From the NCBI GenBank assembly GCA_030637655.1, contig DAOWGI010000011.1, positions 1 through 64,000 of the forward strand: a stretch of DNA of 64,000 bases, written 5' to 3'. Source of the stretch: a candidate division FCPU426 bacterium. GTDB taxonomy: Bacteria > Oederibacteriota > JAAXVQ01 > JAUVAV01. Shown in pieces: positions 36,350 through 47,568 of the stretch. Position 1 is the first letter of the stretch, and each line of letters opens with the position of its first letter. Below the pieces are notes generated by a model. The model did not search any database. It was not told the DNA's origin and saw only the letters and a list, made by a program, of their open reading frames with translations. Position numbers and translations under genes: made by a program.

Positions 36350-39300
36350 ATGCCCAAACGCACGGATATTAAGAAAATATTGATTATCGGTTCCGGTCCG
36401 ATTGTGATTGGACAAGCGTGTGAGTTTGATTATTCAGGTACCCAAGCTTGTAAAGCACTTAAAGCTGAAGGCTATGAAATAGTGCTGATCAATTCTAATC
36501 CGGCCACTATTATGACAGATCCGGAAATGGCGGATCATACCTATATTGAACCGATTACACCGGAAATTTTAGAAAAAATCATTGAGAAGGAAAGACCGGA
36601 TGCCGTATTGCCGACCTTGGGCGGGCAGACCGGATTAAATACTGCGGTGGAGACCCACAATCGGGGGACTTTCGAAAAATACAACGTGGAAATGATTGGT
36701 CTGAATATTGAGGCCATTCATCGCGGTGAAGACCGCGAGAAATTCAAACAAGTGATTTTAAGCTTGGGCCTGGATCTGCCCCAAAGCGGCTTGGCTCGGG
36801 AACTGGAAGAGGCGGTTCAAGTAGCCCGAAAGATCGGTTACCCGGTCATTATCCGTCCGTCCTTTACATTGGGCGGCACCGGCGGCGGCGTGGCGGACAA
36901 TGAAGAAGAATTTCGTAAAATTGCCGCCCTGGGTTTGGAAAACAGCTTGATCCATGAAATTCTAATTGAAGAATCCGTGACCGGTTGGAAAGAATTTGAG
37001 CTGGAAGTCATGCGTGACCGGAAAGACAATGTGGTGATCATCTGTTCCATTGAAAATTTTGATGCCATGGGTGTGCATACCGGTGACAGCATTACAGTGG
37101 CGCCGGCTCAGACCTTAACCGACAAAGAATATCAGAATATGCGCAATGCCGGCATTGCCATCATCCGGGCCATTGGTGTTGAGACCGGCGGTTCCAACAT
37201 TCAATTTGCCATTAATCCCGAAGACGGACGCCTGGTGGTTATTGAAATGAATCCGCGGGTCTCCCGCTCTTCAGCCTTGGCCAGTAAAGCCACTGGTTTT
37301 CCGATTGCTAAAATTGCCGCTTTGTTGGCAGTGGGATATACTCTGGATGAAATTCCCAATGATATTACTAAAAAGACCATGGCCTGCTTTGAGCCGGCCA
37401 TTGATTATTGTGTGGTGAAAATACCGCGCTTTGCTTTTGAGAAATTTCCGGGCGCGGATCCCAAATTGGGCGTGCAGATGAAGTCCGTGGGTGAGACCAT
37501 GGCCATTGGCCGGACTTTCCGGGAAGCCCTGCAAAAGGGTTTGCGCGGACTGGAAATATCCCGGGCCGGCTACGAACATTATCCTAAAATACCCACAGAT
37601 TTATCTTTAGCAGAGCTGGAAGAACGATTGCGTAATCCGCACGCGGAACGTCTTTTTACTATACGCCAGGCCTTGCAACAGGGAATGACTATTGGGAAAT
37701 TATATGAAGTTACCGGCATTGATCCTTGGTTTTTAACCCAGTTGAAGATGATTTTAGATCGGGATCAATTGGAATGTCAAGCTGCGCATACGTTGGATGC
37801 AATCACAACAGAATGGTTGCAGGATATAAAACGCGAAGGATTTAGTGATAAACAGATTGCGGATTGGATTGGATGTGATGAATTGGCTTTGCGTGAAAAA
37901 CGCAAAGCTTTGGGTGTGTTGCCGACCTATAAATTAGTGGATACCTGCGGTGCGGAATTTGAATCGCATACACCCTATTGTTATTCCACCTATGAAGAAG
38001 AAAATGAGATGGATCTGCCAACGGACAAAGAGAAGATTGTGATTTTAGGCAGCGGACCGAACCGCATTGGTCAGGGAATAGAATTTGATTATTGTTGTGT
38101 GCATGCTTCCTTGGCCCTGCAGGAGCTGGGATACGAGACCATTATGGTTAATTCCAATCCGGAGACAGTATCAACCGATTATGATACTTCGGACAAACTC
38201 TATTTCGAGCCGCTGACTTTTGAAGATATTATGAACATTATTGATCAGGAAAAACCCAAGGGTGTGATTGTGCAGTTCGGAGGTCAGACCCCATTGAATT
38301 TAGCCCGCCGCTTAAAAGATGCGGGCGCGCCTATTTTGGGAACTCCGGTCGAAGCCATTGAACGCGCGGAAGATCGTGATTTGTTTGCCAAGCTCATGGT
38401 TGATCTGGATATGGCACAACCGGAAAACGGTATTGCCCGGTCGATTGATGAAGTGCTGGAAAAAGCCAATACCATCGGATTTCCGGTGCTGGTGCGGCCT
38501 TCCTTTGTGCTGGGCGGCCGTGCCATGCGCATTGTGTATGATCCGAAGTCCTTAATGGATTTTGTGCAGGAAGCATTTGAAGCCGCGGAAGGTCAGCCGG
38601 TTCTGATTGATAAATTTTTGGAAGATGCCATTGAAGTGGATGTGGATGCTGTCTGTGACGGTGAACGTACCTTGGTGGCCGGTATTATGGAGCATATTGA
38701 AGAAGCAGGGATTCATTCCGGAGATTCCGCTTGTGTTTTGCCTCCGCATACCTTATCCGAAGAAGTGATTGAACGTATTAAAAAATATACTGAGCGCATT
38801 GCCATGGCGCTGGGTGTACGCGGATTATTGAATATCCAATATGCGATCCGGCGTGGAAATATTTTTGTGCTGGAAGTCAATCCGAGAGCTTCACGAACAG
38901 TGCCCTTTGTCAGCAAAGCCACGGGTCAGCCCTGGGCCAAAATTGCTTCTAAAGTAATGGTTCACAAGACCTTGGATGCAGTACATGCCAGAGAACCGGA
39001 GCTGGGACATAATTTCAACATCAAAGAATCGGTCTTGCCGTTTTCCCGTTTTGCCGGTGTGGATATACATCTTGGACCGGAAATGAAATCAACCGGCGAA
39101 GTAATGGGCATTGATGTCTCCTTTGGTATGGCATTTGTGAAATCACAGGCAGCAGCCGGACAAACCCTGCCGCTTTTTGGCCGGGTTTTTGTGAGTGTGA
39201 AGGATGATGATAAACGGGCTGTGGTGTTTATTGCTAAAAAGCTATTAGATATGGGTTTTGAATTGGTTTCCACTCCCGGCACGCACAAGGTATTAAAAAG

Positions 39301-39577
39301 TAATAACATTAAAGCGGATCTGGTCAATAAAATCGGCCGGCCCGGGGAGTGCATTCTGGATCAGATCAAAAAGGGCCGGGTCCAGTTGATTATCAACACG
39401 CCCTTTGGACCAATAGGGCGTGAACACGTCAAGCCGATTGGAACGGCTTCAGTGGCACATGGTATTCCGTGTATCACCACGTTGCAAGGAGCGCAAGCGG
39501 CTGTGAACGGTATTGAAGCCCGGCGGGAAATGGATCTGACAGTCTCGTCCCTGCAGGAATGGTACGAGATGAAATAA
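36350..39577 (+). CDS. carB: Carbamoyl-phosphate synthase large subunit
   Basis: [30 protein letters not shown], two ATP-grasp halves, C-terminal MGS domain. Confidence 0.98.
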   Translation: MPKRTDIKKILIIGSGPIVIGQACEFDYSGTQACKALKAEGYEIVLINSNPATIMTDPEMADHTYIEPITPEILEKIIEKERPDAVLPTLGGQTGLNTAVETHNRGTFEKYNVEMIGLNIEAIHRGEDREKFKQVILSLGLDLPQSGLARELEEAVQVARKIGYPVIIRPSFTLGGTGGGVADNEEEFRKIAALGLENSLIHEILIEESVTGWKEFELEVMRDRKDNVVIICSIENFDAMGVHTGDSITVAPAQTLTDKEYQNMRNAGIAIIRAIGVETGGSNIQFAINPEDGRLVVIEMNPRVSRSSALASKATGFPIAKIAALLAVGYTLDEIPNDITKKTMACFEPAIDYCVVKIPRFAFEKFPGADPKLGVQMKSVGETMAIGRTFREALQKGLRGLEISRAGYEHYPKIPTDLSLAELEERLRNPHAERLFTIRQALQQGMTIGKLYEVTGIDPWFLTQLKMILDRDQLECQAAHTLDAITTEWLQDIKREGFSDKQIADWIGCDELALREKRKALGVLPTYKLVDTCGAEFESHTPYCYSTYEEENEMDLPTDKEKIVILGSGPNRIGQGIEFDYCCVHASLALQELGYETIMVNSNPETVSTDYDTSDKLYFEPLTFEDIMNIIDQEKPKGVIVQFGGQTPLNLARRLKDAGAPILGTPVEAIERAEDRDLFAKLMVDLDMAQPENGIARSIDEVLEKANTIGFPVLVRPSFVLGGRAMRIVYDPKSLMDFVQEAFEAAEGQPVLIDKFLEDAIEVDVDAVCDGERTLVAGIMEHIEEAGIHSGDSACVLPPHTLSEEVIERIKKYTERIAMALGVRGLLNIQYAIRRGNIFVLEVNPRASRTVPFVSKATGQPWAKIASKVMVHKTLDAVHAREPELGHNFNIKESVLPFSRFAGVDIHLGPEMKSTGEVMGIDVSFGMAFVKSQAAAGQTLPLFGRVFVSVKDDDKRAVVFIAKKLLDMGFELVSTPGTHKVLKSNNIKADLVNKIGRPGECILDQIKKGRVQLIINTPFGPIGREHVKPIGTASVAHGIPCITTLQGAQAAVNGIEARREMDLTVSSLQEWYEMK

Positions 39578-39582
39578 ATGCC

Positions 39583-39687
39583 GTAGGGGCGAATCTTGTA
39601 TTCGCCCGTTTCAGACAATCACAAGGAACGGGTGAATATAAGGATGTGCGAATATCGGCAACGGGCGAATACAAGATTCGCCCCTAC
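39583..39687. repeat. REPIN-like inverted REP pair
   Basis: GTAGGGGCGAATCTTGTATTCGCCCG ... CGGGCGAATACAAGATTCGCCCCTAC, with a degenerate middle unit. Confidence 0.85.
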
Positions 39688-39704
39688 AGGATATAGAGGT
39701 AAAA

Positions 39705-42700
39705 ATGGCGAATAATAATTTTTTTAAATTGACAAATTTCAGTAACCTGAATGCTGCCGGTTTTCCCGCAGCTCAAGGGTTGTATGATCCGCAGTATGAA
39801 CATGATAATTGTGGCATTGGTTTTATTGCGCATCTGGATGGCAAAGAGAGGCATGCGATTGTACAGGACGCGGTGAAGATTCTGATTAATCTGGAACATC
39901 GCGGCGCGGTGGGCGGCGATAATGCTACTGGAGACGGAGCCGGTTTTTTAATGGGAATGCCGGATACATTTTTGCGCCAGGTGTGTGCTCTGCAAAATAT
40001 TTCGCTGCCGGCTTTGGGAGAATACGCTGTGGGCATGTTTTTCCTGCCGCAAGAGGACTCTTGGCGGGAAAAATGCGTACAGACTTTCAATCGAATTGTG
40101 GCGCAAGAAGGCTGTGAAATATTAGGCTGGCGCCAGGTTCCGGTAGATACCCAAGGATTGGGAGAGCTTTCTTTGTCCACCATGCCGGTTATCTGCCAGT
40201 GCTTTCTGGCGCCCGGTGAGGTGGAATTGTCCCGCTTTGAACTCAAGCTCTTCTTGTTGCGGCGTTTGATCGAAAAAGAGGTGGCTGGATTTATTGACGG
40301 GGATTATAGCCAATTTTACGTATGCAGTCTTTCCAGCCGGACTTTGAATTATAAAGGAATGCTGACCGGCACGCAGTTGGCAACCTTTTATCCGGATATT
40401 AATGATGAAGCCTTTGCTTCAGTCTTCGCGCTGGTGCATCAGCGTTTTAGTACCAACACCTTGCCGCAATGGCGTTTGGCACAACCCTTCCGGTATTTGG
40501 CGCACAATGGCGAGATCAATACCCTGCGCGGCAATATCAACCGGATGCGGGCCAGAGAAGCGATTATGGAATCGGATGTTTTGGGTCCGGATTTGGAAAA
40601 ATTCAAACCCTTTATTATCGAAGGCCAGAGTGACTCGGCAATCCTGGACAATGCCTTGGAAATGCTGGTAGCGTCCGGACGCTCTTTGCCGCATGCCATT
40701 ATGATGATGATTCCGGAAGCCTTTGGCGTGAAGTATCACATGAGTCAGGACAAAAGAGCTTTTTATCAGTATCACGCTTCCATCATGGAACCCTGGGACG
40801 GTCCGGCTGGATTAGTATTTGCCGATGGCCGCTATATTGGCGGCACCTTGGATCGTAATGGCTTGCGGCCCAATCGTTTTACCGTAACCACAGACGGGTT
40901 GGTTGTGGCCGGATCGGAAACCGGTGTATTGGAATTTCCGGCTGATAAAATTCTGATGAACGGCCGCTTGCAACCCGGCAAAATATTTTTGGTGGATTTA
41001 AAAGAAAAACGAATCGTGCCGGATAAAGAAATCAAAGCCAGGATTTCCAGGCAGCAGCCCTACCGCAAATGGGTGAAAGACAATCAGATTGAATTACGCG
41101 GTTTGTTTGCTCCTTCCAAAGTTCCGGCTGTGGACAAAGAAACACTACGACGTCAACAACATGCGTTTGGGTACACAGAAGAGGATCTGAAAATGATACT
41201 TTCACCTATGGCAGGCAATGGTCAGGAACCCACCGGATCCATGGGAACGGATTCGCCTTTGGCGGTTTTGTCCAATAAACCGCAACTACTCTATAATTAT
41301 TTCCATCAATTGTTTGCCCAAGTCACCAATCCGCCCATTGACCCCTTGCGTGAAGAATTGGTGATGTCTCTGATGAGCATGATCGGTCGTGAACGGAATG
41401 TGCTGACTGAATCCCCGGAGCATTGCAAAATGCTCAAACTGCAGCACCCCATCCTGACCTCGGCTGATATGTCACGTCTTCGGCACGCCGAGCATCCGGA
41501 TATCCAAGTTACTTACATTGAAATGCTTTTTCCTGCCAATGGCAATGGCAAAAGTTTGGAGAAAGCATTAAATACTATTTTCAAAACAGCTGAAAAGGCG
41601 ATTAAAGCGGGAAGTACTATCCTGGTATTAACCGATAAGAACATGAGTGCGCAAAAAGCGCCGATTCCGGCCTTGCTGGCAGCTTCCGGACTTCACCATT
41701 ATTTGATTCGCAAAGGCTTGCGCACCCAAGCAGGTATGGTGGTGGAAACCGGCGAAGCCAGAGAAGTGATTCATTTTGCCCAATTGATCGGCTTTGGCGC
41801 CAATGCCATCTGTCCTTATGTCGCGTTTTCCACAGTTCGGGAATTGGCTAAAAATGATTATCTGGATAAAAAGAAGAGTCCGGAAGAGGCGATGGATGCC
41901 TATGTCACGGCAATTAAAAAGGGTCTGCTCAAAACCTTTAGCCGCATGGGTATTTCTACGATTCGCAGTTTCTTTGGCGCACAGATTTTTGAAGCTGTGG
42001 GATTGAGCCGGCAATTGATTGACCGTTATTTCACGTACACCGCTTCGCGTATTTCCGGTATTGGTCTGAATGAACTGGCTGAAGAAACGCTGCGTCGTTA
42101 TCGTCGTGGCTTCCCGGAAAATGATCAGGTGCCGTCGGTTTTGGATCCTGGTGGGGAATATCATTTACGCGCCAGTGGTGAACGGCATTTATGGACGCCG
42201 GAGACAATCAGTAAACTGCAGCAAGCCACCCGGGAAAATGATTTCGCGCGGTACAAAGAATATACCCGAATCATTGATGATCAATCCCGGCAGCGTGTAA
42301 CACTGCGCAGCTTCTTTAAATTTAAAAAGGGCAAGTCTATTCCGCTAGAGGAAGTGGAACCAATTGAGGCCATAACTACGCGTTTTGTGACAGCGGCCAT
42401 GTCCTACGGCTCCATTAGTAAAGAAGCGCATGAGGACATTGCCATTGCTTTGAACCGGATTGGCGGACGCAGCAACTCAGGTGAGGGTGGTGAGGATCCC
42501 AAACGTTTCAAACCTCTGCCCAACGGTGACAGCAAATGCTCCCGCATCAAGCAGGTGGCTTCCGGACGCTTTGGCGTGACCGCGGAGTATTTGAGCAACG
42601 CGGATGAATTGCAGATTAAAATGGCCCAGGGCGCCAAGCCGGGTGAGGGTGGTCAATTGCCCGGTCATAAAGTGAGCAAGGAAATTGCGCGTGTCCGGCA

Positions 42701-44303
42701 CACCACGCCGGGTGTTACCTTGATTTCACCGCCGCCGCACCATGATATTTATTCGATTGAGGATTTGGCACAATTGATTTTTGATTTGAAAAACTCCAAT
42801 CCAGCTGCCAAAGTTTCAGTGAAACTGGTTTCTGAGGCCGGGGTGGGAACTATTGCTTCGGGTGTGGCCAAAGCCAAAGCAGACACTGTGTTGATTTCCG
42901 GTTTTGACGGAGGCACCGGCGCTTCGCCCCTGACTTCCATTAAGCACGCGGGATTGCCATGGGAATTGGGTTTGGCGGAAACGCAGCAAGCACTCATCAG
43001 CAATCGCTTACGTGATCGTATTCGCGTACAAACCGATGGACAGATCAAGACCGGTCGTGATCTGGCTATTGCGATTTTGCTGGGTGCGGATGAGTATGGT
43101 TTTGGGACCACGGTGCTGGTGACACTGGGATGTGTTATGATGCGCAAGTGTCATTTGAACAATTGTCCGGTAGGGGTGGCTACCCAAAAAGAAGAATTAC
43201 GGGCGCGCTATACCGGTAAACCGGACTATCCGGAGCGTTTTTTGAAATTTATGGCCCGGGAATTGCGTGAGTATATGGCGGAAATGGGATTTTCTACAGT
43301 GGCTGAAATGATTGGCAGAGCTGAGATGCTGGAATTTGTGCCGGATAAAAAGCATTGGAAAGCGCACGGCTTGGATTTTTCGAAAATACTGCAAACCATT
43401 CCTGCGGATGTGCGGCATTGTGTGGGACAACAGGATCATCAGCTGGAAAAATGTTTGGATAATAGTTTGATCGAGAAGGCCGGATTGGCGTTGGAAAACC
43501 GTGAAGCGGTTAAATTGGAAATGCCGATTAAAAATATACATCGTACCGTGGGAACGACTTTGAGCCACGAGGTCGTAAAACGCTATGGTGAAAAAGGGCT
43601 GCCGGAAGATACGATTGATATTCATTTTACCGGTTCAGCCGGACAGAGCCTGGGGGCGTTTTTAGCGCCTGGTGTGACCATTCGGGTCTCCGGTGATGCC
43701 AATGATTATTTGGGCAAGGGACTGTCCGGTGGGAAAATTATTGTCGCGCCTCCCAAGAGGTCGAAAATAGTCCCGCACGAAAATATGATTGTTGGCAACG
43801 TGCTGTTGTACGGCGCTACAGCCGGTGAAATTTATATCAATGGCATTGCCAGTGAACGCTTCTGCGTGCGTAACAGCGGCGCCCGGGCCGTGGTGGAAGG
43901 TGTGGGTGATCATGGTTGTGAATACATGACCGGCGGTGTGGCGGTTATTTTGGGGAACACAGGAGTGAATTTTGCGGCCGGTATGAGCGGCGGTGTGGCC
44001 TATGTGTATGATGAAAATGAATTGTTTGATACCAAATGCAACTTGGATATGGTGGATTTGGAGAGTGTGACCAAACGGGAAGATGTGGAAGAACTACGCC
44101 GGCTAATCGCGAAGCACTATTATTATACCAATAGTCTGCGCGCGAAATTTATCCTGGATCACTGGCAGACCCAGTTGCCTTTGTTCGTGAAGATCATGCC
44201 CATTGATTACAAACGTGTACTGGAGCGGATGGCCCAAGAAGAAATGGTGGACACGGATTCTGTGTCAGCCACCGAAGAAGTGTACGACGCCGGGCGGATA
44301 TAG
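39705..44303 (+). CDS. gltB: Glutamate synthase large subunit
   Basis: EHDNCGIGF (N-terminal Cys), HQRFSTNT, AHNGEINT, QIKMAQGAKPGEGGQLPG, CVMMRKCHLNNCP, GXGXG domain. Confidence 0.98.
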   Translation: MANNNFFKLTNFSNLNAAGFPAAQGLYDPQYEHDNCGIGFIAHLDGKERHAIVQDAVKILINLEHRGAVGGDNATGDGAGFLMGMPDTFLRQVCALQNISLPALGEYAVGMFFLPQEDSWREKCVQTFNRIVAQEGCEILGWRQVPVDTQGLGELSLSTMPVICQCFLAPGEVELSRFELKLFLLRRLIEKEVAGFIDGDYSQFYVCSLSSRTLNYKGMLTGTQLATFYPDINDEAFASVFALVHQRFSTNTLPQWRLAQPFRYLAHNGEINTLRGNINRMRAREAIMESDVLGPDLEKFKPFIIEGQSDSAILDNALEMLVASGRSLPHAIMMMIPEAFGVKYHMSQDKRAFYQYHASIMEPWDGPAGLVFADGRYIGGTLDRNGLRPNRFTVTTDGLVVAGSETGVLEFPADKILMNGRLQPGKIFLVDLKEKRIVPDKEIKARISRQQPYRKWVKDNQIELRGLFAPSKVPAVDKETLRRQQHAFGYTEEDLKMILSPMAGNGQEPTGSMGTDSPLAVLSNKPQLLYNYFHQLFAQVTNPPIDPLREELVMSLMSMIGRERNVLTESPEHCKMLKLQHPILTSADMSRLRHAEHPDIQVTYIEMLFPANGNGKSLEKALNTIFKTAEKAIKAGSTILVLTDKNMSAQKAPIPALLAASGLHHYLIRKGLRTQAGMVVETGEAREVIHFAQLIGFGANAICPYVAFSTVRELAKNDYLDKKKSPEEAMDAYVTAIKKGLLKTFSRMGISTIRSFFGAQIFEAVGLSRQLIDRYFTYTASRISGIGLNELAEETLRRYRRGFPENDQVPSVLDPGGEYHLRASGERHLWTPETISKLQQATRENDFARYKEYTRIIDDQSRQRVTLRSFFKFKKGKSIPLEEVEPIEAITTRFVTAAMSYGSISKEAHEDIAIALNRIGGRSNSGEGGEDPKRFKPLPNGDSKCSRIKQVASGRFGVTAEYLSNADELQIKMAQGAKPGEGGQLPGHKVSKEIARVRHTTPGVTLISPPPHHDIYSIEDLAQLIFDLKNSNPAAKVSVKLVSEAGVGTIASGVAKAKADTVLISGFDGGTGASPLTSIKHAGLPWELGLAETQQALISNRLRDRIRVQTDGQIKTGRDLAIAILLGADEYGFGTTVLVTLGCVMMRKCHLNNCPVGVATQKEELRARYTGKPDYPERFLKFMARELREYMAEMGFSTVAEMIGRAEMLEFVPDKKHWKAHGLDFSKILQTIPADVRHCVGQQDHQLEKCLDNSLIEKAGLALENREAVKLEMPIKNIHRTVGTTLSHEVVKRYGEKGLPEDTIDIHFTGSAGQSLGAFLAPGVTIRVSGDANDYLGKGLSGGKIIVAPPKRSKIVPHENMIVGNVLLYGATAGEIYINGIASERFCVRNSGARAVVEGVGDHGCEYMTGGVAVILGNTGVNFAAGMSGGVAYVYDENELFDTKCNLDMVDLESVTKREDVEELRRLIAKHYYYTNSLRAKFILDHWQTQLPLFVKIMPIDYKRVLERMAQEEMVDTDSVSATEEVYDAGRI

Positions 44304-44325
44304 GAAAAATTGATTAAATAAAATC

Positions 44326-44470
44326 TCACCGCAGAGACGCAGAGGACACAGAGGAAAGATAGGATAAAATCATTAAACCAAGATCGAAGATTACGGCTTT
44401 CATTTTATTATGTGAATTTAATCCTGAATTTTCTTTTTTATTCTCTGTGTACTCCGTGTCTCTGTGGTGA
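44326..44470. repeat. Inverted pair of (A/G)CAGAG-unit repeats
   Basis: TCACCGCAGAGACGCAGAGGACACAGAG ... CTCTGTGTACTCCGTGTCTCTGTGGTGA. Confidence 0.75.
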
Positions 44471-44504
44471 AAGAATTTGTTTTTGATTTTGGAGGAAATG
44501 GATT

Positions 44505-45962
44505 ATGGCCAAACCAACCGGATTTTTAGAATACGCACGTAAAGATCCGCCCAGGCGCAAGGTGAAGGATCGGATAAAGGATTTTGCTGAAATTGAACAA
44601 TTGCTTTCTCCGGAGCAACTGGAAATCCAGGCAGCACGCTGCATGGACTGTGGGATTCCTTTCTGTCATGCGTATGGTTGTCCGGTGTGCAATCTGATAC
44701 CGGATTGGAATGATATGCTCTATAAGCAACAGTGGCGCAAAGCCCTGGATCTGCTCCACAGCACGAATAATTTTCCGGAATTTACCGGCCGGATTTGTCC
44801 GGCGCCCTGTGAACCGGCTTGCACCTTGGCCATTAATCAGCAGCCGGTAACGATTCGTCAGATTGAACTGCAGATTGTGGAAAGAGGCTGGCAAGAAGGC
44901 TGGATTCAACCGCAACCTGCTAAAGAGAAAACAGGAAACAAAGTGGCGGTGATCGGTTCCGGACCCGCGGGATTAGCTGCTGCCCAGCAGTTGGCGCGTT
45001 GTGGTCATGCGGTTACAGTGTTTGAAAAAGCAGACCGGATTGGCGGGTATTTACGCTACGGTATCCCGGATTATAAATTGGAAAAAAGTGTTATTGACCG
45101 CCGGCTGAAACAGATGAAAGCAGAAGGCGTAATTTTCAAGACCAAAGTTAATGTGGGTAAAACATTAAAAGTCAATAAGTTGTTAAAAGAGTATGCTGCT
45201 GTAGTTATCACAGTGGGAGCCGGTGAACCACGTGATTTGCAGGTGCCAGGCCGGAATCTCAAGGGTGTGCATTATGCTTTGGAGTTCTTGACTCAGCAAA
45301 ATAAAATCAATGTCAATGATAAAATACCGCAAAAAGACCGGATCAATGCCAAAGGCAAAGATGTGGTAGTAGTCGGCGGCGGAGATACCGGATCTGACTG
45401 TATTGGGACCAGTGTGCGTCAGGGTGCGAAAAAAATTACCCAGATTGAACTCTTGTCCAAACCACCGGAAACCGGTAATCAGGCCACACCCTGGCCAAGC
45501 TGGCCTATAATTTTACGGACCTCCAGTTCGCAGGAAGAAGGTTGTGTGCGTATGTGGGACATCGGCACACAAAGACTGGTTGGCGCCCAGGGCCGGGTCA
45601 AGGCGTTGCAGGCGGTTCGTCTAAAATGGTCTTTTCCCAAAGGCGGACGACCGACTTTTGAAACTATTGCCGGATCGGAATTTGAATTAAAGGCGGATTT
45701 AATATTTCTGGCCATGGGATTTGCGCATGCCCAACATGGTCCGTTGGTAAAAGAATTAAAATTGAAATTGGATCTCAGAGGGAATATTGTGGTGTCTGAT
45801 CATTTTATGACTTCGCACAAAGGTGTTTTCGCGGCTGGAGACGCGGAGTATGGCGCTTCACTGGTGGTGCGAGCTATTCGGCGCGGGCGTCTGGCTGCTG
45901 AAGGTGTGGATGCATATTTAAAGAGAGCTAAACCGCGGCGGCCGGCGGTTAAGAAAAAATAA
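44505..45962 (+). CDS. gltD: Glutamate synthase small subunit
   Basis: RCMDCGIPFC, FTGRICPAPCE, GSGPAGLAAA, GGGDTGSDC, FAAGD. Confidence 0.97.
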   Translation: MAKPTGFLEYARKDPPRRKVKDRIKDFAEIEQLLSPEQLEIQAARCMDCGIPFCHAYGCPVCNLIPDWNDMLYKQQWRKALDLLHSTNNFPEFTGRICPAPCEPACTLAINQQPVTIRQIELQIVERGWQEGWIQPQPAKEKTGNKVAVIGSGPAGLAAAQQLARCGHAVTVFEKADRIGGYLRYGIPDYKLEKSVIDRRLKQMKAEGVIFKTKVNVGKTLKVNKLLKEYAAVVITVGAGEPRDLQVPGRNLKGVHYALEFLTQQNKINVNDKIPQKDRINAKGKDVVVVGGGDTGSDCIGTSVRQGAKKITQIELLSKPPETGNQATPWPSWPIILRTSSSQEEGCVRMWDIGTQRLVGAQGRVKALQAVRLKWSFPKGGRPTFETIAGSEFELKADLIFLAMGFAHAQHGPLVKELKLKLDLRGNIVVSDHFMTSHKGVFAAGDAEYGASLVVRAIRRGRLAAEGVDAYLKRAKPRRPAVKKK

Positions 45963-46074
45963 TAGGCTTACTGCTTACCGGATAGCCGCAATCCGGAACT
46001 TCGAATTTGGTAGTATTCGGATCAAAAAAGATTATAATAAAAGCTATAATTTTCTATTTTTGGGAGAAGTAAAG

Positions 46075-46503
46075 ATGATAAAAAACCCGCGTATTTTTTG
46101 TGTGGACAAAAATCCGAAATCATTAAGGTCTTTGGTATATTTATTAAGAACCGAGAAATATTACGTATTGGCGGCATCTACGGTGGTCAAAGCCTTTGAG
46201 ATTATTCAAAAAGAGCAACAACTGGACATGGTGATAGTCAACTCGACCAATATTCATCAGGCCGATACGCCGGCCAGCTCAGAAGAAAAACATGAGAAAG
46301 AATTTCAGATTGCCGCGACAGTACGGGAAAAGTTCGGGAATATTCCTATATTATTTGTTGTCCCTTTATTGCGACGAAAAGAGATTGAAAAATTTGCCTC
46401 GCTTAAAAATTCGGAACTTCTGTTTCCGCCCTATGAACCCAGTTATTTTTTATATGTGGTAAAAAATGGTTTGGCCGGCGGATATTTGTTGGACAATTTA
46501 TAG
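46075..46503 (+). CDS. Atypical (pseudo) receiver-domain protein
   Basis: Receiver-like pattern IFCVD..LDMVIVN..IPILFV..LFPPY, with the phospho-acceptor Asp and the conserved Lys apparently replaced. Confidence 0.6.
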   Translation: MIKNPRIFCVDKNPKSLRSLVYLLRTEKYYVLAASTVVKAFEIIQKEQQLDMVIVNSTNIHQADTPASSEEKHEKEFQIAATVREKFGNIPILFVVPLLRRKEIEKFASLKNSELLFPPYEPSYFLYVVKNGLAGGYLLDNL

Positions 46504-46522
46504 CCATCTTAGGATAAGTGAT

Positions 46523-46963
46523 ATGAGTAAGTTACATAGTTATATGTGGTTTGCCATTGTGGTGATTTATTTGCTCATGCCCTGGGATCTGCATCCTTCT
46601 TTGTTGGATGATATCCTGGTTTTTGGGGTGTACTTAATATATGTAGTACGTCATATGAACAAGCTCAAAGCTGCCCAGCACGCGTATCGTCACGCAAAAA
46701 AGCAGGATCGGACACAGACCCGAAGTTCGGAATCCTTTGTGGATACAGATGAACCGATAACCTTGCAAAATGCCTATCGCATCTTGGAAGTAACCCCCGC
46801 GGCTTCCAGGGAAGAAATTCGAAATTCCTTTCGTAAACGAGTGGCTGAAAACCATCCGGATAAAGTGAGTCACCTCAGTCAAGCGCTGCGGGAAAGAGCG
46901 AACGAACTTACCTCGCGGATTAATCGTGCCTACAACATAGTGAAAAAGCATAAAAATATGTGA
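46523..46963 (+). CDS. Membrane-anchored J-domain protein (DUF1232-like N-terminus)
   Basis: IYLLMPWDLHPSLLDD membrane motif; C-terminal J domain AYRILEV..NHPDKV..INRAY. Confidence 0.85.
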   Translation: MSKLHSYMWFAIVVIYLLMPWDLHPSLLDDILVFGVYLIYVVRHMNKLKAAQHAYRHAKKQDRTQTRSSESFVDTDEPITLQNAYRILEVTPAASREEIRNSFRKRVAENHPDKVSHLSQALRERANELTSRINRAYNIVKKHKNM

Positions 46964-47116
46964 GGTTAGTCAGGTTGAGGCGAAAAAAAAGATTTACCTC
47001 TGGAATGATTTGGGCGCTACTCCTCAGGCCGGTCCGGGGAGTTGGATCGTGCTCGCAAGGCTGGATATACAGTGTGTGAATTTTGTCTGCCCAAACAGAA
47101 ACCTGGTGATTCCAAA

Positions 47117-47284
47117 TCAAGCGGAAAAGAAGGAAAAAAACAGGCCGATTAAACCTCCGATAATAATAACGCTGAATATTGTTGTGTCGGACACTTCGGA
47201 TTTTCCGGCTGGTTTTTCATCGATTCCCATTTCGATTTGAGATTTCACTTGGGTATCGTTTTTTGGGGTTTTAGTGAGACCCAT
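47117..47284 (-). CDS. Small protein with C-terminal transmembrane helix
   Basis: GGGAGG RBS 8 nt before ATG; 55 aa ending IFSVIIIGGLIGLFFSFFSA. Confidence 0.5.
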   Translation of the reverse strand: MGLTKTPKNDTQVKSQIEMGIDEKPAGKSEVSDTTIFSVIIIGGLIGLFFSFFSA

Positions 47285-47433
47285 GATGTTTGCCTCCCAA
47301 TACTGCGTGTTTGTTTGTATTTTACTTTTTAGACCGCGGGGGTTTGATTTAGTTCCCCGGCAGGGCACTTTTTTGTATTTTCAAGCGATATCACTCGAAA
47401 ATACGCTAGCGTCGATTTTTGGACAGACGTTAA

Positions 47434-47538
47434 GGGGGACGTTGTTCGGTAATACGGTTATCTTTATTTGATGATTCTTTGGATTTTTTCATAAATATTA
47501 GTGGTTTTGGATAACCGTATTACCGAACAACGTCCCCC
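47434..47538. mobile_element. Tn3-like miniature inverted-repeat element (TIME/MITE), 105 bp
   Basis: Perfect 29-bp terminal IR GGGGGACGTTGTTCGGTAATACGGTTATC, flanked by the 5-bp direct repeat GTTAA. Confidence 0.85.
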
Positions 47539-47568
47539 GTTAATATAAAAAAAACGAGAGATAAATCC

